Source: Chiloscyllium plagiosum
Taxonomy: Eukaryota
Reading direction: 5' to 3'
Assembly: GCF_004010195.1 (NCBI RefSeq)
Contig: NC_057719.1
Coordinates: forward strand, 59,754,408-59,818,407
DNA: 64,000 nt
The position numbers and the translations under genes were made by a program. Below are positions 51,230 to 63,417 of this stretch, piece after piece. Under the pieces are notes generated by a model, which saw nothing but the letters and a program-made list of their open reading frames with translations, was not told the DNA's origin and ran no database searches. The stretch's first letter is position 1, and each line of letters opens with the position of its first letter.

Positions 51230-51835
51230 TCCCTTCTTTCATCAGGTTTCTGTCCTTCCCACTCTACCAAATAGCTCTTATCAAAGTCACAAATTACATC
51301 AGTTGTCATAAAGATAAAATTTCCCTTTTTGTTCTTGTCCAGCAAGGTGAGTTTCTCTTACCTGATTCTATTCTTATCTGTCTAATTGTAACCAGAGAAT
51401 CATTTGTAATCTCCTCCTTTCCTGCTCCTGCACCATGACCTCTGGCCTCCCCTTGAGATATATCCTTGGCCCCTCCTATTTGTCATTAGCATGATTTTCC
51501 TCAGCAGTTTCTTCCAAAAGTACAGTGTTGGTTCAAGTTTCCAAACCTGTACAGTCTGTGCAATCTGTACAATACAATTTCCCCAGAGTTGATCCCAATG
51601 ACCCAAGAATCTAAAACCCACCATACAACCCCAACACCATCTTTTCAATCACATATTCATCTGCTTTACCCTCTTATTTCTACACTCACTTGCCTGCAAT
51701 AATTCAAAGATTAATACTTTTGAGGTCCTGCTTGTTAACTGCACACCAAACTCTCTAAATTCAGAATGAAGGGCATGTAAGTTGACAATACCATCCTCAC
51801 CTTTCCACAATCATTCTTGATTCCTTCACTATTGC
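51230..51835 (+). mobile_element. L2-type RT fragment interrupted by an inverted local copy (51528-51772)
   Basis: ATAGCTCTTATCAAAGTCACAAAT (ALIKVTN), CTTGGCCCCTCCTATTT (LGPLLF), and CATGTAAGTTGACAATACC (YADDT-like) after the insert. Confidence 0.65.
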
Positions 51836-51841
51836 AAAATT

Positions 51842-52100
51842 TTAGATTAGGTTCTCTACAGTTTGGAAACACGCCCTTCGGCCCAACAAGTCCACACCGC
51901 CCCTCCGAAGAGAAACCCACCCAAACCCATTCCCCTACCTTATATTTACCCCTGACTAACGCACCTAACACTACGGGCAATTTAGCATGGCCAATTCACC
52001 TGACCTGCACATCTTTGGATTGTGGGAGGAAACCGGTGCACCCAGAGGAAACCCACGCAGACACGGGGAGAATGTGCAAACTCCACACAGTCACCCAGGA
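51842..52100 (-). mobile_element. HE1/V-SINE-type SINE, 5'-truncated
   Basis: Same body and tail as 50868-51175. Confidence 0.9.
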
Positions 52101-52819
52101 TTGGATAAACAGAAATTCTTCCTGATTAAATATGGGAACCCACTGCTTTCAGTTCCTGCTCCAACTACATTTCCTATCTTTTTTTTATCTATACACCTGT
52201 GGGCTGTGGGCATTGCTGGCTAGTCAGCATTTAATGTTTGTCCCTATCTAGTGACTCCATCCCTCTCCCAGATAACAAACTGAAATTTCCAGTCACTTCA
52301 CAACCTAGGCAGCATATTTAATCCTGGGAGGAGTTTCCAAACTTAGATGTATAGTGGGAGTTAAACAAAATTTTATAAGAAGAAGTTACAATAGAATAAG
52401 ACAAGCTCGTACTTTAAGGGACAATTTAGCAGTGTGAACCTTCAATAACATAAGAGTCCAGATCAGTGGAAATGACTGGAGAGAAACCTTGTATATCCTA
52501 AGGTCTGTATCACCTTTGGGGCAGACTAGAGAGGATAAACAGGTAAATGGAGACAGGATAAGAGAAAGACATAGAATGGAAGATTTCTGTTTATTGCACA
52601 ATAATGACATTTCAACAATGTATACATATTGATGTTTTTCTCTTTGCATTAGACAGATGTAAGACCAAACATCCAACAGATTTCTGCTTAGACAGTCTAA
52701 GGCGGAGGTTGTTTGAATAAACACAAAGTTAACCTGCATACCTGAGTCCTCCTGTGGTTTGTGTAAGGAGAGTAACCACAACAGACACATGTCATCACTA
52801 AAACTATCTTTTTGCTCTT

Positions 52820-53230
52820 CAGTAACATCACCCCTGTCTCAGCTCATGCTGAAGCCTTCCTGCATGCCTTTTTTAACCTCTACACTCAATTATTTTAACA
52901 CACTTCTGACTCATTTCCCACATCCTATTCTCTGTAAATTTGAAGTCACTCAAAATTCTGCTGCCTGTGTCTTAACGCAAAACACGTACCCCTCTGGTAT
53001 CCTCGCAGGGCTCTTTGCTAAACATTGGCCCCTGGCCAAGTAACTCTGATTTTAAAATTATTACATTTGTTTTCAATTCCCTCCCTGGTCTCTCTCCTCC
53101 TTAGCTCTGCGATCTTCTCCAGCACCTCAAACTTGCAAAGCGTCTTTAATTGTCTAATTTAGTTCTCCTTTCAATCCCTGATACTAAGAGCCCACTATTG
53201 GTGGCTGAACCTTTTGTTGCCTCGGCAGTA
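52820..53230 (+). mobile_element. L2-type 3' fragment
   Basis: GCTGAAGCCTTCCTGCATGCC...GAAGTCACTCAAAATTCTGCTGCCTGTGTC (QNSAA), GATTTTAAAATT. Confidence 0.7.
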
Positions 53231-54876
53231 AGTTCCTTTTGTCTATTTCTATATGAAACCAGATCCAGGTCCATTGGTGTACATTGGATTCAATCTGTTC
53301 GGATTGGGAGTTGCATGGGAGGTGACCACAATACTGGTCATTCTGTTGGTCAGAAATCTGGTACCAGTAATTTTCACGACTGTTTGATATGGAAACAGAT
53401 TACTTTGCACTGAAGCCCAAACTGTCATATCATCCATTTGAGTGTTATGTTCATCATCCCATTTGTCTTTTTTTTTATCATCAGACAGTTCTAACCGCCC
53501 TGTCTCTCCACCTCCTCAAAACCCCTGCTCTAACTCTCCATCCTCACAGCCCATGTTTGAATTGTCCAAATCCAAGGTACAGACCATAATTTTGGAATCC
53601 TCCTTATTTGGACGGATTGTGCCAGAGCATGGGAAAACTACATTTTTTATCCTTTGATCAAAGTGTGTAAATATCAACACAACAATAGACTTGTCAGTTC
53701 AATTCAGCCCTTGCTGAATACCCATGCTCACAACTCCTGCAACTCCTCAACATAATTCACAAATAATTTTTTTCTGATTTATTTTTGTTTTTCATGGGAA
53801 TATTAGTAAAAACATAAATAGAAGTACAAATCTGTCAACATTGTGTGATTGCAGTGGTGCTTTCCTGTTGTGATGGACATTTTTCCTCTCATACTTTGTA
53901 TTCCCGCAGGAAGTTGGCAGACGATTAATGGAAACAATGGGCAGCTATCAGCTCCTAAGCATTTCAACCACTGTCTACCAGCCAGGAAGGGAACCCACAA
54001 TATTCACTGATCAGAGAAGATTTAAGAAGACTCTGTTTAAATGCATAGTGTTCAGATTTTTCTTTAATTTATTATTTATTATTACCATATCATGCCTTGA
54101 GTATTTTGGAGAAAACACTTTCTCGTCAATGGAGAATCTGTTAAACTGATTTATGCTTGGTCAGACAATTTAAGGCGTATGCATCTCTGCTGATGATAAT
54201 GGACCAGAGGTTATTCTGCTGTGGGAATCAAGATACAGTGGTAGAAAGAAGAAACAAGGTGCACATAGCATTGAGAAACCAACATATGTGGTAGGGGTTA
54301 GAGTCAAAATAAGAGGGAATGCAATCTTACTTCTTTTGCGTTCATATAAGTTTACAAAGCTTGATCAATATGAATTGTGTCAATCATATTGGACAATGAT
54401 GTTGCGGCAATAAAGGAGATGTGGCTTACAAGAGGGCTGGGCACTAAGCAGTCCTGGCTACTAGGTGGCCCAGAAAGGTAGAGAAGGAAAGAAAGAAGGA
54501 TGGTGGCAATATAAAGGATAATATTACAATACTGGAGAAAGAGAGAGAGAGGACTCGGGAACAGAATATTTGGTTAGAGTTTAGAAACAGGAGCGGAATC
54601 TCAGTAGATGCATTCTATTGGCCACTGAATGCTTTGAATGATATGAAGAAACAAATTTACTGTGAAATTACATCAAGGAGCAATTATTATAGAGTAGTGA
54701 TAATAAGACTTTAATTATCCCAATATGAAATGGCTTGCTGATACAGAAAAGAGGCATACATGTGGTATGTGTTCAGGTGAAGCATTTTGCTGCTGAGTAA
54801 GTTTCCAATCAAATGAGGAAGGAGGCATTACTGACCCTGGTTCTGGAGAATGAGATTAGTCAAGATTATAGAAGTG

Positions 54877-55003
54877 GGTGGAAGTGAGGACTGCAGATGC
54901 TGGAGATTAGAGTCGAGAGTGTGATGCTGGAAAAGCACAGCAGGTCAGGCAGCATCTGAGGAGCAGGAAAATCAATGTTTTGAGCAAAAACTCTTCATCA
55001 GGA
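54877..55003 (-). mobile_element. Solo 127-bp Neptune-type PLE terminal unit with TSD
   Basis: Same unit as 27885-28012; flanked by AAGATTATAGAAGTG (54862-54876) and AAGATGATAGAAGTG (55004-55018); HHR core mutated. Confidence 0.85.
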
Positions 55004-56170
55004 AAGATGATAGAAGTGTCAGTCATGATATCTTCAGGGAACAGTGATTGTTGGATGGTAAGGTTTAGGTAAAGAAAGAACAGGAACAATTGAAAGTAAA
55101 ATATTAATTAGAGGAGGCCAATTTCCATAGATTGAGAACTGATTTGGCCTGAGGAAATTAGAATCAAGGATAAACAGTGAAAACTATAACAGAAAAATGG
55201 GTTGCTTTTAAAGAAGTGATTGTTTGAGTAGAGCCAAGGTAAATTTCCACGGCACGGGTTGAGGAAGGGATTGGTGGTCAGTTAGGGCCAAGCTTATCCA
55301 GAGCTCCTTGGATGGTGATAGAGTCTGAGAGTAATATAAAATAGAAAAAAGATGCATCTCATAGATATCAAGTTGATAATACAAATCAGAACCAGGTTGA
55401 ATATAAAGAGTTCAGCAAAGAAGTGAAAATGGAAATAAAAGGCAAAGAATGAAGAAACTGTCAACTAACATAAAAGAGAATATAAAAGTCTTCTACAGAT
55501 ATAAATAGCCACGAAGATAGAAAGAAGAGTGTTGGGCTAATTAGGGATCGAAAGGGGCATTTATACATGAAGGCAGAACTCACGTTGAGGTGCTAAAATA
55601 ATACTTTGCTTTTCTGAAGGGAGAAAATCATGACAAAGTCATAATTAAAGGGGTCGCAATTAAAGTACTGAATGGTCTAAAAGCTGATGTAGATGTGGCA
55701 GTGGAAACTCTAACTGTACTTAACGTTAATAAGCGAACAGGACAGATGGAATGCTAGCAAGGGAATAGAAAGAAGAAATTTCAAAGTATAGCCCATAATC
55801 TTGGAATCCTCCTCATTTGGACGGATTGTGCCGGAAAACTACGTTTGTTACCCTTTGTTCAAAAAAGTGTGTCAATATCAACACAACAACAGACTTGTCA
55901 GTTCAATTTCAGTGATTGTAGAACAGAACAAACTTTAACCGTTATTTGGACAATGCGGATTAATTAAGGAAAGCCAACACAGATTTGTTAAAGTGAATCT
56001 TCTTAAAATTACTTGATTTGAGATTTTTCGATGAGATTGCAGAGAGCTCTGATAAGGATAATGTAGTCCATATGATATACATGGATTTTCAAAAAGCATT
56101 TTTAAGGTGCTACATATTAAGTTTGCCAGCAGAGATCATGGAATAAAACTGAGTGGCTAAATCGAACTGC

Positions 56171-56360
56171 AGAATCACAGAATTGTTACAGTGAAGAAGG
56201 AGGCTATTTGACCCATCATGCCTGCCCCAGTTCTATTAACTAATGCCAATCTTTTCACCATATTCCTGCAAGTCATTTCTATCAAAATAACATCCACTGC
56301 CCTCCTGAATGTCTCAATTGAACCTATCTCCACCACATTTCCAGGCAGTGCATTCCATAT
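56171..56360 (-). mobile_element. CR1 3' end nested in the opposite orientation
   Basis: AGAATCACAGAA tail; the ORF track gives IWNALPGNVVEIGSIETFRR. Confidence 0.8.
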
Positions 56361-56820
56361 ATACAGTGTTGGCTGAATGATGGGAACCAGCTTTTTTGTT
56401 TGAATTGCTGGCATTAAGACTGAAGGAAGGTATGCAGTGAGTGTCATCAGAAATCAGTGCTCGGAACACCATGTCTCTCGATCTATATTAATAACAGGAT
56501 CCCTTAAGGCACAATCTCAATACTTTCAGACGACACAACACCTGGAAGTATTATGAACTGAGAAGGATATTGATAGACATCAAGAGGACATAGACAGGCT
56601 AATGGAATGGGTAAACCTATGACAGGTGAAGTTTAATGCAGAGAAGTGTGATGTGATTTCTTTTGGTAGGAAAGATGAGATGAGATATTATAACTTAAAG
56701 AAAATAATTGCAAAGTATGTAACAAGAGACTTAGAGGTGTAAGTCTCTTTGAGGTGTAATTCATTGAAGGCAGGCTGAGAATGTGGTTAAGAAGGCAGAA
56801 ACGATCCTGTTTTTATTCGA

Positions 56821-57905
56821 TGTGTGTGATTATGTTCAATAATGACCGAGTTCAGTGAGTGGCACAAATAACCTCTTTATTGGGCCATCGCAGTCGCACA
56901 GTTCGAGGTAATGATGGAATCTAAAGTACAGTTTTACAGTAGCCTCTTTTATACACAGTTTTTATATACATTAAAACTTTAGCACGATGGCATCACATAG
57001 TTGTATCTATTGTACACAAGTTTGTGTGACATCTGTCTTGGGGATGCAGGAGATAGTTTAATCACTTGTTAAATGCTGGCTGTTACTCCTGATGGGATTA
57101 GAATGTCTGTCTGGTCTAAGCTTGCATAATTAAGAGGTGTTAGTCCTTTTGTCTTTGAAGTTAGTAATGTTAATAAAATTACCAGACCTAAATGATGTAA
57201 ATAAGTGAAAAATAAAAGTATAGAGGAAATTAAACTGATCTCTTACAGCTGGGCCAAGTAGTTTCATTTTCTATTGCCTTTTTTTTGACAATTCCTACAC
57301 ATTCATTCATGCAGTTTCACGGAAGCACTGTTTTGATAGTAAGTTTCTTAAAGGGAATAGCAGCCCTATTTAATATGTATTTAAAAACTATAAATCCATA
57401 TGCTAGTACAATATAGTAATCCTAAATAAAAGTTAAAATAGGTAGTAGTGTTATAGAAATAAGTAGCATATAAGGGAATTTCAGAGATAAAAAAGCAATA
57501 GACTGTAGAGACATGCTGGTGGAGGAAAGTGTCCTGTAGCCCATTCAGGTCCCAAGAGATGGTTACTAAGGGTGAATTAATATTATAATCTTTCCATAGT
57601 TTTGAGTGAGTTACTGAAACAAAATGAAGGGGATGGCATTGCTCTGAGTAGGTTACGGTATTAACACTTATTCAGGGGTAGCCTTGGATACAGAAACAGC
57701 TCTATACACTGTTTGCAGCATGGGGCCTATAAAAATTGAAAGGTGTAAAGAAGCAGTAATGAGTTGGCAGCCTAGGAAGGGATGCTTAATTTAGTTTATC
57801 TTGTAAGAGTAAAATGTATGACAAAAACTTGGTTTTATGAATGAATGAATGGAAACATGGTATGCTTATGAGTGAGTTAGTAAAGAGAATCATAATACAA
57901 TATAT
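56821..57905 (-). mobile_element. Possible LTR-retroelement/ERV 3' remnant (LTR-like ~56821-57266 plus upstream coding-like DNA)
   Basis: Interrupts collinear CR1 sequence. The minus strand shows a purine tract (57267-57286), TG start, TATAAAA (~56950), AATAAA (~56880) and CA end, in LTR order. Confidence 0.4.
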
Positions 57906-58046
57906 CACTGAGGTATAGGGTTTGAAGGCAAGGAAAGTATGATGAACTTTACAAAACACCCATTGGAATATTGTGTCTAATTATGAGTACCACACTTAAG
58001 GAAGGAGGAGTAGAAGCATTGAGTGCAGAGAATAGATCCAGGGATT

Positions 58047-58468
58047 TCCGTTGTGGTGTAACTGGTAGCACACTTGCCTTTGAATCACAAGCTTCTGGTT
58101 AGCAAAGGTTTGTGAACAACAGGTAGACACTCCAGTGTAGAAAGATTGTGACATTGTTGGAGGTTCTGTCTTGGAGATGAGATGTTTCACTAGAGCCACT
58201 GCCTGATTGGTGGATGTAAAGATTTCATGGTACCATTTTGAACAAGAGCAATGGATTTATCTCCAATGACCTGGACAATATCTAGCCCTTAATCAACATC
58301 ATAAATCAGATCAGATCACAATATGTCTGCTTCAGTATAATTTAGTTATCTCATATCTCATGTTAGAATAGTGACTACATTTCAGTAAGTACCTTATTGA
58401 CTATAAAGCATTCTGAGGCGTCTGGTGATTGTGAAGAGCACAATATAAATGCCAGCTTTCTTTCTTCC
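58047..58468 (+). mobile_element. Deu-domain SINE (SacSINE1-like), near full length
   Basis: tRNA-like head; Deu-like GGATGTAAAGATTTCATGGTACCATTTTGAACAAGAGCA...CCTGGACAATATCTAGCCCTTAATCAACATC; tail ATATAAATGCCAGCTTTCTTTC. Confidence 0.75.
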
Positions 58469-59419
58469 TATGAAGGGTCTTCAGTCATGTGAATAGCAAT
58501 ATAATTAAGAGGCTTATATGATGATTACATTTTGATACTAAATTCAGGGCAAATTAAAGGTTCATGTGTCCTGTTCTGCAGTCTGCCAGATAGTAAACCT
58601 GGGTGCTTTTACGTTTATAAATCAAAGAAAGATATGATTTGTTTTACTAAGAAGGAGCAAGCGACTTGTACTTGGAGAACACAGCAACTGTCATCGAGTT
58701 TACCAAGATCCCAGAAATGTGCAGTAGGTAGACCACATTTACAGCCACCACTATGCATGACATATTTTGATTTGAATAGTGAATTTTCATTTGTGCTCAG
58801 GTGCAGTGTTACAGTCAGCTTTATGTTAGTGCATGATGATGTTATTGTGTTTTACAGTGTGCTGATGTTGGCGATGTCACACATGAATGTGCACACAGAT
58901 ACTGGCATTCTAACAATTGCATATGTGCGATTGAGTTATGTAAACTATGCATGCACTATGGCCATTATCGCAATGGCATTTCTGTGGTGCTGATATGTTA
59001 TTACAGGTATTTGGTAATAATAAGTTGTATTGAAAATGATCAATTTATTTCTATATCTAAAGGTAGTTGAGGCCAATAATGAGTTAAATTAGAATTGCTG
59101 CCTAGATACAAGGTTAGTGAGTTTCATTTTGCATTGGACAGAAAGGGTACCGGAAGCCATTTTCAGGGATAAGTGTCAGGATCAGTGAATATCAGACAGA
59201 CAGCAGAGGCTTTGAGTGGCCAGCTAAGAGGAAAAAGTTGGCTGGCTTTTGAAATAATCACAACCAAATGCAGGAGGAACACAGTCATGAGCTGAAAAGA
59301 TGTATCCTGCAGTCTCTACAGATCCTGAGAGATTTATCCTGGCATAGCTGGTGGCGGATGTAAGTAACTCTCTGAAAACTGAGGAATGTAACTGTTCTTG
59401 TCTCAGAACCATCCAGTGA

Positions 59420-60430
59420 TTCCTGCTTCCCTCTCATCCTGCTTCCCCCCAATCCTGCAAGTTATTTTCCTTCAAGTTAATTTCCTTGTAAAAGCATTTG
59501 TTGCTTCTCCTTCCACCACCCTTGTGAATAACAAGTTCCAATCATGACCATTATCTGTATAAAAATAAACCATGGTTCCCTCACATTCCTCCTCATACTC
59601 ATGCCCAGACTTTGAACCATGACCTGTAGTCCTTGCACAATCAGCCAATTAGAAGAATTTTATCTTGTCTACCTCATCCACACTTATTATGGGAGGCAAT
59701 GGCTTAGTGGTATTATCACTGGACTATTAATCCAGAGACCCAGGTAATGTTCCCGGACACAGGTTTGAATCTTGCTTTAGCAGATGGTGGAAATTGAATT
59801 CAACAAAAATCTGGAATTAAGAATCTGATGATGACCATGAATCAATTGTCAGGAAAAACCCATCTGGTTCACCGATGTCCTTTAGGGAAGGAATTGCCAT
59901 CCTTACCTGGTCTGGCCTACATGTGACTCCAGACCCACAGCAATGTGGTTGACTCCTCACTGCCCTCAGGGCAATTAGGCATGGGCAATAAATGCTGGCC
60001 TAGCCAGCAACACCCTCATCCTGTGAATGAATAATAAATAAAATCATAAGCACGTCTATCAAATCGCTCCTCAATCTATTTTGTTCCCAGCAAAGTGACC
60101 CCAGCCTTTCCATCTCACCTTGTAATTGAAATCCCTCCTCCATCCCTGGACATTCTGATAAATCTCTTCTGCATTCTCTTTCTTAAAGTCTGGTGACCAG
60201 CACTTGGTACAATACTCTAGTAGGGATGTGACTACAACTTTCAAAAGGTTCAGCATAGCTTTGCTGCATTTGTACTTGATGTTACTATTTATAAAGCCCA
60301 ATGCTTCACTAATGACTTTCTCAGTATGTCCTGTTGCCCTGAAGGATTGTTGCCTGTGTACCCCCAGGTCCCTCTGCTCTTGCTCAGTCTGTAAAAGAGT
60401 GACATTGCTCCTCCCTATCCTTCTGTCCTC
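59420..60430 (-). mobile_element. CR1 3' fragment split by the SINE
   Basis: ORF track EQRDLGV...LGFIN...YKCSKAML...LEYCTKCWSP. Confidence 0.8.
59692..60040 (+). mobile_element. Full-length tRNA-derived SINE, second family, inserted in a minus-strand CR1
   Basis: A box TGGCTTAGTGG, B-box-like GGTTTGAATC, tail GGGCAATAAATGCTGGCCTAGCCAGC...GTGAATGAATAATAAA. Confidence 0.9.
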
Positions 60431-60654
60431 ATGCCTCACCTTACATTTCTTTGTCTGTCCTCTGGTATTTGCAGTTAGAGACATGCAACGCAGCCACAAA
60501 TCAAGTGCATGGTTACAAAGATTGCAAAATCTTTAACATAATTACAATATAGTAACTCCAGCTTTCACAATTTTACAAGTGTGCTTACATTTCATACACC
60601 ATATCATTCATGGCAACATCAATGTCTGCTTATTTATTGTTCTGGGAGCCAAAG

Positions 60655-61659
60655 ATGTTATATAGTCAAATGCACAGAAAAGGGCCTTTGGCCCACTAGT
60701 TCTGTGCTGATCTATCTACATTAATCCTATTTTCCATCGCTTAGCCCATAACCTTGAACGTTATAATATTTCAAGTACTTAACCACATACGTTTTTAAAG
60801 TCTGCAGGTTTCCCTCCTAGGACATGCATTCCGGATTCCCAGCATTCCCTAGGTGAAATATTTTTTCTTCAAATCCTCTCTAAACCTTCTGCCCTTCGAC
60901 TTAAAATGATGCCTCGTCATTGTAAACCCTTCAACTAAGGAGAACAGCTGTTTCTTATCCAAACTGCCCATGTCCCTCAACCACATTCCCCACAGCCTTC
61001 TCTGCTTTAAACAAGCTTCTCTTCACAGCTAAAGTGCTCCATCCTTGAAAAGATCCTGGTGAATCTCTTCAATAGTGTGGCAACCAGAATTCCTCTTAGT
61101 ACTGCAGTTATGGACTAACCAAAGTTTTGTATAACTCCACTGTAACTTCTCTGTCCTTACCATCTTTGCCACAACTGATAAAGGCAAGTGTCCTGTACGT
61201 CTTCTTAACTTCCCTATTAACTTGTCAAAGAGTCATAGAGTCAGAGAGATGTACAGCATGGAAACAGACCCTTCAGTCCAACCCATCCATGCCGACCAGA
61301 TATCCCAACCCAATCTAGTCCCACCTACCAGCACCCGGCCCATATTCCTCCAAACCCTTCCTATTCATATACTCATCTTGTCCTGCTGCCGTCAGGGATC
61401 TGTAGACAAGCATCCCAAGCACTCTGTTTCTTTAAGCTTCCTAGTGTCCTGCCATTCATTGAGTATTCTCTTACTTCTTCCAAAGTGCATCACCGCACAC
61501 CTTTTAGAGTTAAATTGTACCTGTCACTGATCTACCCATTTGACGAACCCATCTATAACTTTCTTTAACCAAAGACCTTTTTCCTCATTAGTAACCACCC
61601 AGTCAATCTCCCTGTCATCCACAAGTTTACTTATCATCACCAATGCCTCCTTTTATCAC

Positions 61660-61694
<35 letters not shown>

Positions 61695-62085
61695 ACAAAC
61701 AATAAGGGATATAGCACTGATCCCTGTGGCATGCCACTAGACTCGAGCCTCCAGTCACACAACCAGTCTTCTACAACCACACTCTGTGTCCTACCACTAA
61801 GCCAATATTGGATTCACCTAGCCAAATGACCCTGAATCTTGTGTGTTTTTACCTTCTCTCTCAGTCTCCCATGTGGAACCTTGCCAAAGGCTTTGCTGAG
61901 ATTCACATAAACTACATCAACTGCACTACCCTCATCGACACATCTGGTCCCCTTCTTGAAAAGTCCAATATGATTTGTCAGGCCTGACCTCCCTGCTGAC
62001 TATCCCTGGTTAAACCTTGTCTCTCCAAGTGGAGATTCATTAACTCCTTCAGAATTTTCTACAATAGTTTCCCTACCACTGATGG
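60655..62085 (-). mobile_element. CR1 RT/3' fragment with a younger HER1-type tail (61230-61372) and a (TA)n tract (61661-61690) inside
   Basis: GGAACCTTGCCAAAGGCTTTGCTGA (reverse complement FSKAFGKVP) and GCACTGATCCCTGTGG (reverse complement PQGSV); tail at ~60660. Confidence 0.8.
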
Positions 62086-62569
62086 GAGATTTAGGTGATG
62101 GAATGTGATGGCAAATTATCCATAACAATAAAACCTCCAACTTGGCATTCCATTCCTAGTTTAAAAACAGCAAGATGTCTCAGATGGCATGACTAACATA
62201 ATATCATTACCACTGATAGATATGTGTACAATAGATGTACATACAATAAAGGTATGTGTGAGGGTGTGTTAATTTGAGTAGCACTACAGCCATTGTCAGG
62301 GCTGTTTACAGTGCTCTAACTCCACAGTTGATGCCTACCATAAAGCAGTATTTGGCTGCTCATACTTTCAAACATTGCTTTTGCAAACTTAAGATGGAAG
62401 TAGTACGACTATAGATGCACTTCTGGTAGTTAGAAAATAAATTGCCTGTCAAGTTGGATCTTCAATATGCTGCAATGTACTACCCTGAACTAGTTCATTT
62501 ACAGATGTACAAATTTAGTGCTATCATAGAGTATGAGCAGCAATAACATTGGGCACCTGATACTATGAA

Positions 62570-62827
62570 GAGAAGGCTGTTTTATTTAAAGCAGAGAAGG
62601 CTGAAAGGGATCTGATCGAGGGACATGGGCAGGATGATAGGAAGCAGCTGTTCTCCTTGGTTGAAGGGTTTATAATGAGAAGGCATCATTTTAGGTCGAA
62701 GGGCAGAAGGTTAGAGAGGATTTGAAGAAAGAAAACATTTCACCTGGGGAATGCTGGGAATCTGGAATGCATTGCCTGGGAGGGAAACTCGCAGACTTTA
62801 AAAAGTATGTGGAGAGGTATTTGAAAT
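62570..62827 (+). mobile_element. CR1 3' fragment, target of the Poseidon insertion
   Basis: GAGAAGGCTGAAAGGGATCTGATCGAG and ATCTGGAATGCATTGCCT (IWNALP). Confidence 0.75.
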
Positions 62828-62895
62828 TTGTGAGAAGATTTGTAGCTCAGGTGCTCGTTGTTGTGATTCTGTTCGCCGAGCTGGGAATTTGTGTT

Positions 62896-62935
62896 GCAGA
62901 CGTTTCATCCCCTGTCTAGGTGACATCCTCAGTGC
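62896..62935 (-). ncRNA. Minimal type I hammerhead ribozyme motif (Poseidon repeat)
   Basis: Reverse complement: GCA-CTGAGGA-T-GTCACCT-AGAC-AGGGGAT-GAAACGTC-TGC. Confidence 0.72.
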
Positions 62936-63377
62936 TTGGGAGCCTCCTGTGAACTCATGTTGCTTGTCATCTGTGTGTGTGGCTACTAAGGATAGCTGGC
63001 CGTTTCGTTTCGTGGCTAGTTGGTGTTCATGAAGACAGCTAACAATCCATATCCCTGTTTGTTCTATGTAGTGTTTTGTGCAGTCCTTGCATGGGATTTT
63101 GTACACTACATTGGTTTTGCTCATGCTGGGTATCAGGTCCTTTGTTCTGGTGACTGGGACAACACTACTATTATAGGACAAGCCAAACAGAGAACAGCCA
63201 GGGAATTCCTAGAGGCATGGCACTCATCCACAGATTCAATCAATAAGCACATCGACCTGGACCCAATATACCGGCCACTGTAATGGATAGCTGGAACTGA
63301 CAACTGGAAGCGGCAGAGACAAACCACTATAAATACCGGAGGAAACATCACAGAAGCGCTTCACAGGAGGCTCCCAA

Positions 63378-63417
63378 GCACTGAGGATGTCACCTAGACA
63401 GGGGACGAAACGTCTGC
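63378..63417 (+). ncRNA. Minimal type I hammerhead ribozyme motif (Poseidon repeat)
   Basis: GCA-CTGAGGA-T-GTCACCT-AGAC-AGGGGAC-GAAACGTC-TGC: 3-bp helix I, helix II, intact core. Confidence 0.78.

Larger units (their letters stand above)
54330..58530 (+). mobile_element. Old CR1 ORF2 (APE-RT) scaffold carrying several nested insertions
   Basis: GATGTTGCGGCAATAAAGGAGATGTGGCT (DxxAIxExWL), GACTTTAATTATCCC (DFNYP), ATGGATTTTCAAAAAGCATTT (MDFQKAF), GACGACAC (DDT), AAGTTTAATGCAGAGAAGTGT (KFNAEKC); resumes at ~57910. Confidence 0.75.

Noticed and set aside
58532..58993. 153-aa ORF, possible exon 58652-58723, and a C/D snoRNA-like ATGATGA...CTGA
   Set aside because: TTG start and no homology; no terminal stem, proper D box or recognisable guide.
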